The position numbers and the translations under genes were made by a program. This document shows, in pieces, positions 38,043 to 47,700 of a DNA stretch of 64,000 nt. The notes below the pieces were generated by a model. It was not told the DNA's origin. It did no database searches and was given only the letters and a program-made list of their open reading frames with translations. How positions within the stretch are numbered: the stretch's first letter is position 1; the number at the start of each line of letters is the position of its first letter. This DNA comes from Acidobacteriota bacterium (GTDB lineage: Bacteria > Acidobacteriota > Polarisedimenticolia > Gp22-AA2), in assembly GCA_046758905.1 (NCBI GenBank), contig JBHIBC010000007.1, positions 2,290 through 66,289 of the forward strand, in the 5' to 3' direction.

Positions 38043-40127
38043 ATGAGTTTCAGGACCCCGATCGTCGCGGCGGCGCTGGCGGCGCTGATGGGGTCGGGCG
38101 CCGCGTCGGGGACCGCCCTCGCACGGACCTACCGGACTCTCACCGGCCGCGTCGTGGACGGCGAGGGAGAGGGCATCGGGGGCGCGAATGTCATCGTCAC
38201 GCCGATCGCGCCCCGCCACCCCAACCTGCTCCTGCTGTTTACGGCCGGCTCGCCGGCCTCCGGCCGCTTCAGCGCGGTGCGCAGCCGGCCGGACGGAGGC
38301 TTCTCGGCCCTCCTTCCCGAAGGTCGATACAGCGTGGCGGCCTATAAGAACGGGTACGACGTCGCCCTGAGCGCGGTGAACACCCGGGCCCGGGCCTTCC
38401 TGGAGCTCGAGCTGCAGCGGGCGGCGAGGATCGTCCTGGGGGATCTCCCCGTCGGATCTGCGGGGCAGGAGCTCGGCCTCAGCTGGATCCTCAGGCGTTC
38501 GACGGGGGGCGTGCTGCACGAGCGGGAGGAGTCTGTCGCCGGGCCGCCGGTGGCGTCGCGGGCAGCGCACTCCGGATGGCTGGGCGAGGTCCTCGGCCCC
38601 GTGGACGGAGAGTTTCGGCAGCGGTTCAGCGGTGCGGCCCGGCCGGGAGGGGAAGATGCGGCGATCGGCGACACGGCGGGCCGCACGACGGCGCTGGCCC
38701 TAAGCGGCGCCATCGAGGGGCTCGGCACCTGGCGCTTCCTGGGCCGCTCCGGGAAGGCGGTCGCCACGCTGCGCGGCGGTGCCGTGCGCCGGGATCGCAG
38801 CTCCGATCTCATGCGGGCGGGCGTCGACCTCGATCTCGGCGCGGCGGACGCGCTGACGGCGGAGATCGAGTACGGCACGCATCGTTTCGTGGTCGATTCC
38901 CGGGAGGAGGCGGTGGGGTCGACCGACCAGGAGCAGCGGACGATCGGCTTGCGCTCGCGCTGGGACCGGCGTCTGGGAGGGGTCACGCGCCTGTTCGTGG
39001 ACGCGGCCTATTTCGAGACCGGGGTGCGGGTGCCGCAGGCAGGGGCTCCGCTGGCGCCCGCGGACGGCACCGAGATCGGTCGGCTCACCGACCGCTCCTG
39101 GCTGGCCACCGCCGGCATGGCCATCGATTCCGGCGACCATCGGCTCGACTTCGCTCTGCGCACCTCGAGCTATCGCTACGACCTTCGGGATCTCGGGGTG
39201 ATGCTCAATCGGCCCGGTCCCGGACCGACGCTCGCGGAGCCCGGCACGCGGGGAAACGCACTGAGCCTGTTCGCGGGGGACGACTGGCGGGTGGCGGACG
39301 GATACGTGGTCAACTACGGTTTCGGCTACCACGCCAACCTGTCCGCCGGGGGCACCTACATCGTGCCCCGGATCGGGCTGACCCGGAGGCTGTCGGAGGA
39401 CGGCGCGACACTGCTGCGCTCGATGGTGATGTTCCGCCTGAACGATGCGGGACGGGCCGCGGGAGAGCTCCGCGCGGGCGCGGGCGGCTCCGTCGACCGG
39501 GATCGGGCCGGCCGGGTGGGATACCTGATCGCGCTCGAGCGCCGGAGCGGGGACCGGCTGCGGCTGTCCGCGACGTTTCGCTACCAGCCGTTCGAGGAGG
39601 GGCTGGAGTCGGGCGGGCCGCACGGAGCGGCGGGCGAGTGGGGCGACGCCCTGCCGTTGCTGACCGACGGCGCAGCCGGCCGGCGGGAGTTCGACCTCGA
39701 GCTGGCCCACGCGATCGGGGATTTCCGCGGCAGCATCTCGGGCAGCGTCGGGAGAGTGAGGGGCCGGCTGACCCCGGCCGTGGAGGAGGCGCCGGTCCAG
39801 ATCCTGATGCCCGCGGAGCTGCGCTACTACGCCACCCGCCTGCGCGCGGTCTACGCCCCCACGGAGACGGAGCTGCAGGTCGGATACCAGTGGATGATGG
39901 CCGAGGACCGCGGTGATCCACTGACCGGGTCCGGCGAGATCGACTTCAGGCGTCTCGATCTGGTGATCTACCAGGACCTGCCGTGGCTCCAGGACACCTG
40001 GAATGCCGACTGGAAGGTCCTGATGGCCTACCAGGACCTCGCCTACGGCACGCTCTTCGACGGGTCGGGCCGCGCCGTCCCCGTATCGGCGTCCCGCCTG
40101 ACCGGCGGCGTCGACATCCGCTTCTGA
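38043..40127 (+). CDS. Outer-membrane beta-barrel protein with N-terminal carboxypeptidase-regulatory-like domain
   Basis: Signal peptide, LTGRVVDGEGEGIGGANV...GRYSVAAYKNGY, alternating beta-strands, terminal GGVDIRF. Confidence 0.75.
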   Translation: MSFRTPIVAAALAALMGSGAASGTALARTYRTLTGRVVDGEGEGIGGANVIVTPIAPRHPNLLLLFTAGSPASGRFSAVRSRPDGGFSALLPEGRYSVAAYKNGYDVALSAVNTRARAFLELELQRAARIVLGDLPVGSAGQELGLSWILRRSTGGVLHEREESVAGPPVASRAAHSGWLGEVLGPVDGEFRQRFSGAARPGGEDAAIGDTAGRTTALALSGAIEGLGTWRFLGRSGKAVATLRGGAVRRDRSSDLMRAGVDLDLGAADALTAEIEYGTHRFVVDSREEAVGSTDQEQRTIGLRSRWDRRLGGVTRLFVDAAYFETGVRVPQAGAPLAPADGTEIGRLTDRSWLATAGMAIDSGDHRLDFALRTSSYRYDLRDLGVMLNRPGPGPTLAEPGTRGNALSLFAGDDWRVADGYVVNYGFGYHANLSAGGTYIVPRIGLTRRLSEDGATLLRSMVMFRLNDAGRAAGELRAGAGGSVDRDRAGRVGYLIALERRSGDRLRLSATFRYQPFEEGLESGGPHGAAGEWGDALPLLTDGAAGRREFDLELAHAIGDFRGSISGSVGRVRGRLTPAVEEAPVQILMPAELRYYATRLRAVYAPTETELQVGYQWMMAEDRGDPLTGSGEIDFRRLDLVIYQDLPWLQDTWNADWKVLMAYQDLAYGTLFDGSGRAVPVSASRLTGGVDIRF

Positions 40128-40143
40128 GGGGAACGAGGGCGAC

Positions 40144-42957
40144 GTGAGACGGACGCTGGCGGTGACGTTCACGGCCCTGCTGCTCGCCTGGGGCGCCCTT
40201 TCGTTTCACTCGCAGGTCAACAAGGTCGCGCCCGAGACCGGCGTCGAGTGGGTCGATACTCCGCGCGGGCCGCTCGCCGGCTGGGTGATCCCCGGAGCGC
40301 CGGCATGGAAGGCGGGACTCAGGCCGGACGACCGCCTCCGGGCAGTCGAGGGCAGGCCGGTCGACTCGGCGGTGGCGGCCGAGGACGCGCCGTGGCGGGT
40401 CCCGAGGGGGCAGACGATCGCCTACCTGGTCGAGCGGCACGGCGAGCAGCTCGAGTTCCGCGTCCGGCCCGCCTGGGTCGGCGGCGGCGCCCCGGTCTAC
40501 TACTACTTGTCGATCGTCGGCCTGACCTTCCTGGGCGTGGGGCTCGTCGTCTGGCTGCGGGCCACGCGCGCGCGGGCGGCCGTGCCGTTCGCCCTCCTCT
40601 GCCAGGCGATGTTCCTCCTCTTGGTCATGGACCCGACCGGGGAGGCCACCGTGCTCGACTGGTCCGCCTACTGGGGAGACCTGGCGGGCTGTCTGCTGGC
40701 GCCGGCCCTGTTCCTGCACATCAATTTCGCCCTGGAGGAGGAGAATCGCGGCAGCGCACGGAAGCGGCTCCGCAGGAGCCTGGCGATCTATCTACCGCCA
40801 TTCCTGCTGCTGCTCTACAACCTTTACCTGATTCCGTTCAAGGGGGTGTATCGCTTCTCGGACCCTCTGACGGCGATCCGTTTCAAGAACCGACTGGAGG
40901 AGCTGTACATCGCCGTCTACCTCATCTACGGGATCGTCAAGGCGGTGCGCGCCTACCTGTCGGCCGAGCGGCTGCCGACGCGCTGGCAGATGAAGTGGAT
41001 GGCCTGGGGCAGCCTGGTCGGTTTCCTGCCGGCGGCCCTCTTCTACCTGGCGCCGCGGGCCCTCAACATCCGCATCGGCGGGTGGAGCGAGCTGGCCGTC
41101 CTGTCGATCTCGGTGGTGCCGCTCGCCTTCGCGGCGGCGATCGTCCGATACCGTCTGCTCGATCTCGACATCTTCCTCAAGCGCGGCATCGTCGCGACCG
41201 GTCTGGTCCTGACCGCGGCCGCGACCTACGCGGCCTGCTACGTGATCATGGAGAGGGCGGCCGGCGGCATCAACCCGGCCGGCCTCAACCTCGCCCTGAT
41301 CCTGGCGACATTCCTCATGGCGATCTTCTACCCGCGGCTTCACCGGCGCCTGAAGGCCTCCGTGGATCAGTTCTTCTACCGCGAGCGCTACGACTACCGC
41401 CGGACCCTGACGGAGTTCGGGGAGGCGCTCAACAGGGAGCTGAGCCTTCCGGTCCTGCGGCGCAAGTTCACGGCCCGGGTCGAGAGGACCTTCGGCCTGG
41501 AGAGGGCGCTGGTCTTCGTCCGCCACGGCGAGCGGGGCGAGTTCGCGGCCGATCCCCCCGGCCACGGGATTCGCCCGGACGACCCGGTCGTCGGCCTGCT
41601 GCAGCGGGTCGACTACCTGCCCCTCCGGGACCATCCGGGGGTGCATCAGATGGAGACCGGCGCCTACCTGATCGAGGGCCTAGGGCTCGAGTACCTGCTG
41701 CCGATGACCGTCGAGGGGGAGATCGTGGCGATCCTCGGCGTCGGGACCTCGCACCGAGGCGAGCCCCTGACCAGCGAGGACCTTCAGCTTTTGGTCTCCT
41801 TCTGCCGGCACGCCGCGGTGGCGTTCGAGGGGGCGCGCCTGTACAGCGCCGTCGCGGAGAAGGTGCGCGAGGTGGAGGCCCTGAAGGAGTTCAACGAGAG
41901 CATCCTGGAGAGCAGCCGGGTCGGCATCCTGGTGGCCGACCTGCGGGGGCGGGTGGTCGGTGTCAACGGCGCGTTCGAGACCCTGTTCGCCGCGCCGCGC
42001 GCCGAGATCCTGGGGCGGCCGCTGTCGGACATCCTGCCTGCCGGCTGCTTCACGGCGGGTGACGGGGCGGATGGGTCCCGGCGCGGCGCCGCCCTCCCTG
42101 AGGAAGGGATCAGGATGTACCGATCGACTCTGGTCACGCGCGATGCCCGCCGGCTGCTGGTCAATCTGTCGCAATCGGCTCTCCGTGGGCCGGACGGCCA
42201 GCCGTGCGGCCGGGTCATCGTGGTGGACGACGTCACCGACGAGGTGAAACGGGAGGAGGAGCTGAGACGGCGCGAGCACCTAGCGTCGATCGGGTTGTTG
42301 GCCTCGGGGATCGCGCACGAGGTGAACACGCCCCTCACGGGAATCGCCTCCTACGCGCAGCTCCTCCTCGAGGGCAGGCGCCAGGGCGATCCGGAATACC
42401 CCCTTCTCAAGAAGATCGAGCAGCAGGCGTTTCGAGCGGCCGGGATCGCCTCCAGCCTCCTCAATTTCTCCCGCCAGCGGGACGGTGATTACCAGCGTCT
42501 CGACGTCCGGGACATGGTCCGGGAGACGCTTGACCTGTTCGAGCCGCACCTGCGGGGGAAGCGCGTCCGGATCGAGCGCCGCATCGATGAGCGGCTGCCT
42601 CCCGTCGTCGGGAACCGCGGCAGGCTGCAGCAGGTATTGATGAACCTGCTGCTGAACGCCGTCGACGCCATGCCGCGGGGAGGCTCCCTGAGGGTGGAGG
42701 CCCTGTCGGTCGCCGACCGCGTGCGCATCGAGGTGTCGGACACGGGCGTCGGAATCCCGCAGGACCAGATCGACAGGATCTACGACCCGTTCTTCACCAC
42801 CAAGCCGCGCGGCCGGGGGACCGGTCTGGGGCTCTCGGTCTCCTACGGGATCGTGAAGGAGCATGCCGGCACGCTGGTGGCCGAGAGCATCCCCGGGGAG
42901 GGGACCCGCTTCCGGGTCAGCCTGCCGGTCGCCGACCGGAGGCGCGCCTCGGCATGA
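40144..42957 (+). CDS. Membrane sensor histidine kinase (PDZ, multi-TM, GAF, PAS, HisKA, HATPase)
   Basis: PAWKAGLRPDD (PDZ), about 8 TMs, IAHEVNTPL (H-box), NLLLNAVDA, DTGVGI, PFFTTK, GTGLGL. Confidence 0.93.
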   Translation: MRRTLAVTFTALLLAWGALSFHSQVNKVAPETGVEWVDTPRGPLAGWVIPGAPAWKAGLRPDDRLRAVEGRPVDSAVAAEDAPWRVPRGQTIAYLVERHGEQLEFRVRPAWVGGGAPVYYYLSIVGLTFLGVGLVVWLRATRARAAVPFALLCQAMFLLLVMDPTGEATVLDWSAYWGDLAGCLLAPALFLHINFALEEENRGSARKRLRRSLAIYLPPFLLLLYNLYLIPFKGVYRFSDPLTAIRFKNRLEELYIAVYLIYGIVKAVRAYLSAERLPTRWQMKWMAWGSLVGFLPAALFYLAPRALNIRIGGWSELAVLSISVVPLAFAAAIVRYRLLDLDIFLKRGIVATGLVLTAAATYAACYVIMERAAGGINPAGLNLALILATFLMAIFYPRLHRRLKASVDQFFYRERYDYRRTLTEFGEALNRELSLPVLRRKFTARVERTFGLERALVFVRHGERGEFAADPPGHGIRPDDPVVGLLQRVDYLPLRDHPGVHQMETGAYLIEGLGLEYLLPMTVEGEIVAILGVGTSHRGEPLTSEDLQLLVSFCRHAAVAFEGARLYSAVAEKVREVEALKEFNESILESSRVGILVADLRGRVVGVNGAFETLFAAPRAEILGRPLSDILPAGCFTAGDGADGSRRGAALPEEGIRMYRSTLVTRDARRLLVNLSQSALRGPDGQPCGRVIVVDDVTDEVKREEELRRREHLASIGLLASGIAHEVNTPLTGIASYAQLLLEGRRQGDPEYPLLKKIEQQAFRAAGIASSLLNFSRQRDGDYQRLDVRDMVRETLDLFEPHLRGKRVRIERRIDERLPPVVGNRGRLQQVLMNLLLNAVDAMPRGGSLRVEALSVADRVRIEVSDTGVGIPQDQIDRIYDPFFTTKPRGRGTGLGLSVSYGIVKEHAGTLVAESIPGEGTRFRVSLPVADRRRASA

Positions 42958-44384
42958 ACCCACCGCGCGTGGCGGCGTTCGAGAGTGAGGACTCGCGCGA
43001 GCGCGCGGTGGGGAGCGGCCGGATCCTGGTGATCGACGACGAGCCCATCGTCCGGGAGGTGCTGGGGGACGTCCTCTCCCGGTCGGGGCATTCCATCTCG
43101 GGCTGCGGGGACGCCGAGGAGGGCCTCGAGGCCCTGGGCTCCGGGGGCTTCGACCTCGTGATCCTCGACCTGATGCTGCCGGGCATGGGGGGTCTGGAGG
43201 CTCTCAGGGAGATCAAGAAGCGGGACCCCGACCAGCTGGTGGTGATGATCACCGCCTACGGCTCGGTGGAGACGGCGGTGCAGGCGATGCGGATGGGGGC
43301 GCACGACTACCTCACGAAGCCGTTCAAGAACGAGGACGTCCTGCGCACCCTCGGGAACGCGCTCCGACACCGACGCCTCCTCCGCGAGAACCGCAGTCTC
43401 CGGCGGGCCCTGCAGGGCCGGAGCCGGCTCGGGGGGCTGGTGGGGAAGAGCCGGGAGATGCGGGAGCTGTATCGGCTGATCGAGCAGGTCGCCCCTAGCC
43501 GCTCCACCGTGCTGATCCAGGGCGAGAGCGGCACCGGGAAGGAGCTGGTCGCCCAGGCGGTGCACCGTCACTCCGGACGTCCCGCGGAAGCCTTCGTGGT
43601 GGTCAATTCGGGGAGCATGCCGGCCGATCTGCTTGAGAGCAACCTGTTCGGGCACATCCGTGGAGCGTTCACGGGGGCGGTGCACACCAAGAAGGGGCTC
43701 TTCGAGGTGGCCAGCGGAGGCTCGATCTTCTTCGACGAGATCAGCACGATCAAGCCCGAGGTGCAGGCCAAGCTGCTCCGGGTGATCCAGGAGAAGGAGT
43801 TCCTGCCGTTAGGCGCGATCCAGAGCGTCCAGGTGGACGTGCGGATCATCGCGGCCACGAACATCGACCTGCAGGAGCTGGTCCGGCGGGGCGAATTCCG
43901 GGAGGACCTGTACTACCGGCTGAACGTCATCACCCTCAACCTGCCCCCGCTGCGCGACCGGCGGGAGGATATCCCGCTGCTGGTGGAACACTTCGTGGCC
44001 CTTTACGCGGCCGAGAACGGCAAGGAGATCCGCGGCCCGACCTCGGAGGCGATGGCGCTGATGCTCGACTACCACTGGCCGGGCAACGTCCGGGAGCTCG
44101 AGAACGTCATCGAGCGGGCCGTCGTGCTGGCGTCGACGCCCGATCTGGACGTCGAGCTGCTGCCCGAAGCGCTGCGCCGCCAGGGGATCCGCCTGCCGAC
44201 CCCCGCCGCCCTGATGGAGGGACGCTTCTCCTTCTACGAGACGATGGAGCGGTTCGAGAGGGAGATCATCCTGGAGAGCCTCAAGAGGGTGAACGGGGTG
44301 CAGCGTCGGGCCGCCGAGCTGCTGGGGCTCAAGGCGACGACGCTGAACGAGAAGATCAAACGGCTCAGGATCGACCTCCCTTAA
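42954..44384 (+). CDS. Sigma-54-dependent Fis-family response regulator (NtrC/AtoC type)
   Basis: Receiver LDLMLP, GESGTGKE, GAFTGA, EDLYYRLNV, WPGNVRELEN, C-terminal HTH. ATGA overlap with the kinase. Confidence 0.95.
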   Translation: MNPPRVAAFESEDSRERAVGSGRILVIDDEPIVREVLGDVLSRSGHSISGCGDAEEGLEALGSGGFDLVILDLMLPGMGGLEALREIKKRDPDQLVVMITAYGSVETAVQAMRMGAHDYLTKPFKNEDVLRTLGNALRHRRLLRENRSLRRALQGRSRLGGLVGKSREMRELYRLIEQVAPSRSTVLIQGESGTGKELVAQAVHRHSGRPAEAFVVVNSGSMPADLLESNLFGHIRGAFTGAVHTKKGLFEVASGGSIFFDEISTIKPEVQAKLLRVIQEKEFLPLGAIQSVQVDVRIIAATNIDLQELVRRGEFREDLYYRLNVITLNLPPLRDRREDIPLLVEHFVALYAAENGKEIRGPTSEAMALMLDYHWPGNVRELENVIERAVVLASTPDLDVELLPEALRRQGIRLPTPAALMEGRFSFYETMERFEREIILESLKRVNGVQRRAAELLGLKATTLNEKIKRLRIDLP

Positions 44385-44443
44385 GCACGGGAGCCCCCGC
44401 CCGCCCGCTGCATAGACTCCGCACGGCCCGCCTCAGGATCCGG

Positions 44444-44471
44444 TTGACAGGCCAGCACTTGGCGGTAGAAT
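44444..44471 (+). promoter_or_regulatory. Sigma70 promoter P1 upstream of the TonB-dependent receptor
   Basis: TTGACA-16 nt-TAGAAT. Confidence 0.7.
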
Positions 44472-44588
44472 TACGACCGCAGGTGTCGCCGCCGAATACC
44501 GCTGAGGTCCCGTACGCCCGGCACCGGACGGTCCGGGGGAGCGGAGGAGGGATGGGGGCAGAGTCACGAGGGGGCCGACGGGCCATCC

Positions 44589-44618
44589 TTGACAGGCTCG
44601 ACGCCGTTCCCCTACACT
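44589..44618 (+). promoter_or_regulatory. Sigma70 promoter P2 upstream of the TonB-dependent receptor
   Basis: TTGACA-18 nt-TACACT. Confidence 0.6.
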
Positions 44619-44712
44619 CCGGGCGACCCGCGCACAGCTGCGACTCCGACGGAAGGCCGGTGCCTTGACAGGGGCTGCGCACCACCCGAGCCGAGCCCGG
44701 AGGTTCGAACCG

Positions 44713-47700
44713 ATGGTCGTGAAGAGAGCCCTGCCCATCCTGTTGAGCGGTGTTCTGGCCCTCGCCCTGTCCCTCCCCGGGGCAGCGCTCGCCCAGACGG
44801 CCTCGGGCATCCGCGGGCTGGTCGTGGACAAGGACGGCGAGCCGATCGTCGCAGCCACGGTTCTGGTGGAGAACCGCGACCTGGGCATCTCCCAGCAGGG
44901 CACGGTCACCGACGCCCGGGGGCAGTTCCGCGTCGCGCCCCTGCCTCCCGGGCGCGGCTACACCGTGACGGTCTCCTTCCCCGGCATGGCCACGGTGATC
45001 CTGTCCGACATCGAGGTGCGCGGCAGCGGGTTCACCAGCGTTCCGGTGACGCTGCGCCCCGACAAGGAGATGCGGGAGAGGGTGAGGGTCACGGCGGTGA
45101 CGGACGTGGTGGACACCGCCTCGACGACGACGCAGACGAGCTTCTCCGACGAGTTCATCGACGCCCTGCCGATCCTGGGGCGGAACTACCAGGACGTGTT
45201 GTCCCTGGCGCCCGGGGTGACGGATGTCGACGGGGACGGCAACCCGAACATCCTCGGCGCCCGCGACACCGACACCATCACCCTGGTGGACGGGGTGTCG
45301 ACGGTCGACCCGCTCACGGGGCAGCGGGGTCAGGAGCTGAACATCGAGTCGATCGCCGAGATCGAGGTGAAGACGTCGGGCGCCTCGGCCGAGTTCAGCC
45401 GCGGCCAGGGCGGCTTCGTCAACATCATCACCAAGTCGGGCGGCAACGACTTCCAGGGCCGGTTCTCGTTCTTCTGGAGGAGCAACATATTCGACGGCGA
45501 CGGCGCCGGCCTGGACGACCCGAAGCTGCACGGCGGGCTGGGGGAGCTGGGGCTGCGCGACCTGGACTTCAATGACTTCAGGCCGTTCCTGTCCCTGAGC
45601 GGGCCGATCAGGAAGGACAAGGCCTGGTACTTCTTCAGCGCGCAGTACATCCAGGAGGAGGTTCCCGTCAACGCGCTGACGCAGGCGTTCGTGCGCGGCC
45701 ACGAGGAGTTCCGGGTCTTCGGGAAGCTCAGCTGGGACATCAACCCGAACAATAAGCTCAGCTTCACGGTCAACATCGATCCGCAGCAGTTCAACAACCT
45801 CGGCCTCAACTCGTTCACGCAGCTCGAGAGCGGCTACACGGTGGACGCGGGCGCCACCAACCTGGTCCTCACCGAGACCTCGGTGTTCAACCCGAACGTC
45901 TTCCTCGAGACCAGGCTCCAGTACTGGACCTCCACCCCGGAGCTGTTCCCCACCCTCGATCCCGACACCAACGGCAACGGCGTCCTGTTCATCGACCGGA
46001 ACGGGGACGGCTTCATCGACGGGACCGAGCGCGACCCGGGGGAGGACTTCGACCGGGACGGGCGCTTCGACGTCTTCGAGGACCGCAACGGCAACAAGGT
46101 GCTGGACGAGGGCGAGGACCTGGACGGGGACGGGAGGCTCACGGCGCCGGGCGCGTGCGAGGGCGCCAACCGCGAGGACATCGACTGCGACGGACATCTC
46201 GACTTCATCAACGAGGATCAGGACGGCGACGGCAAGCTGGACCCCGGCGAGGACCTGGACGGGGACGGTCGTCTCGACGACGGGACCGAGGACCGCAACG
46301 GCAACCAGCTGCTCGACGACCGTCCGTTCGTCGCCCCCGACGATTTCTTCGTGGACGAGAAGGGCAACGTGAACCCGACCTACCCCTACGGGTCGCTCAA
46401 CCCGCTCCCGAACGACCTGGACTACTCGCAGGACCAGCGCACCCTCCGGATCAGCGGCCCCTACTACTTCACCATCAACCAGGACGAGAGCCGCGTCACC
46501 CTGCGGGAGGACCTGACGGTCTTCGTCCCGGACTGGTTCGGCCAGCACGACCTGAGACTGGGCGCCGTCATCGAGAAGGAGGACTACAAGCAGGCGACGG
46601 ACGCGCGCAACTTCCTGTTCCCGAACGCGTCGCCCCCGACCTCCAGCACCATCCTGCCCACCACCGCGGTGCGGCTTCCTTCGGAGAACCGCATCTTCAA
46701 CGAGGCGAACAACACGACCTTCGGGGCTTACTTCAACGACGTCTACAAGCCCCTGCCCAACCTGACCCTGGGCATCGGCCTCCGGTTCGATCGGGAGGCG
46801 ACCGACTCGTTCGGCTTCACGCAGTTCGACCCCGCGGAGCAGCGGCGGCAGTTCGACACCATCTTCAACCTGGGGGGCGGAGAGCAGAACGTCACCGACG
46901 AGAGCCAGATCGGCAACAACGACGGGATCATCAGCCAGGGCTTCTGCGGGGATCCGATCTTCAGCCAGAACACCGGCGTGGGCGGCAACGTCTGCACCAA
47001 CTTCACGATCAAGGATGAGGAGGGTGCGCCCCACGGCGAGGCGGTGGTCCGGGACCACAACAGCCTCAGGCTCCTGGCGGCCTCCCGGCTCACCCAGCAC
47101 CACATCTCCACCACGCTCGTCGCCGAGACTCTGGCGCAGCTCTTCCCCGAGGCCGTGGACCCGAACACCGGCGAGATCAACCGCGATATCCTGCGGGAGA
47201 AGGGGAACGCCACCTTCCAGGAGCGGGAGTCCTTCCGCCTGACCAACAACAACCTGGCGCCGCGGCTGTCGATCTCGTGGGACCCCTGGGCGGACGGCAA
47301 GACCAAGCTGTTCGCCAACTGGAGCCGTTTCTACGACAAGCTGTTCCTCGCGACGGTGATCCCGGAGGAGGGGCCGGACTTCATCTACCGCTATTATCGG
47401 AAGGACCAGGACGGCGTGACGGGGGCGGGCGTCCCGAACAACCAGCTCGGCGCCGCCCTCTCCAAGGCCCCGCCGGACGCCAGCCAGGTGGACCGGGGCC
47501 TGGAGACCCCATTCACGGATGAGCTGTCGATCGGGTTCGAGCGCGAGCTGGCGCCGGAGCTCTCCCTCAGGGTCACCTTCATCGACAGGAAGGGTCGCAA
47601 CGGGCTCCAGGACCTGGACATCAACCACGAGATCCGCTGCTGCGAGCCGAACGCCAACAGACCGGGCGAGGAGCGCCCGATCGACGTCCTGGGGAGGCTC

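Noticed and set aside
44385-44712. Sigma-54 (-24/-12) promoter as target of the adjacent activator
   Set aside because: TTGGCGGTAGAATTAC lacks the -12 GC. I found no TGGCAC-N5-TTGC here or before the giant gene; the visible elements are sigma70-type.
45958-46340. CRISPR array or DNA tandem repeat
   Set aside because: The repeats are degenerate at the DNA level and conserved only as in-frame protein motifs. There are no spacers or cas genes.
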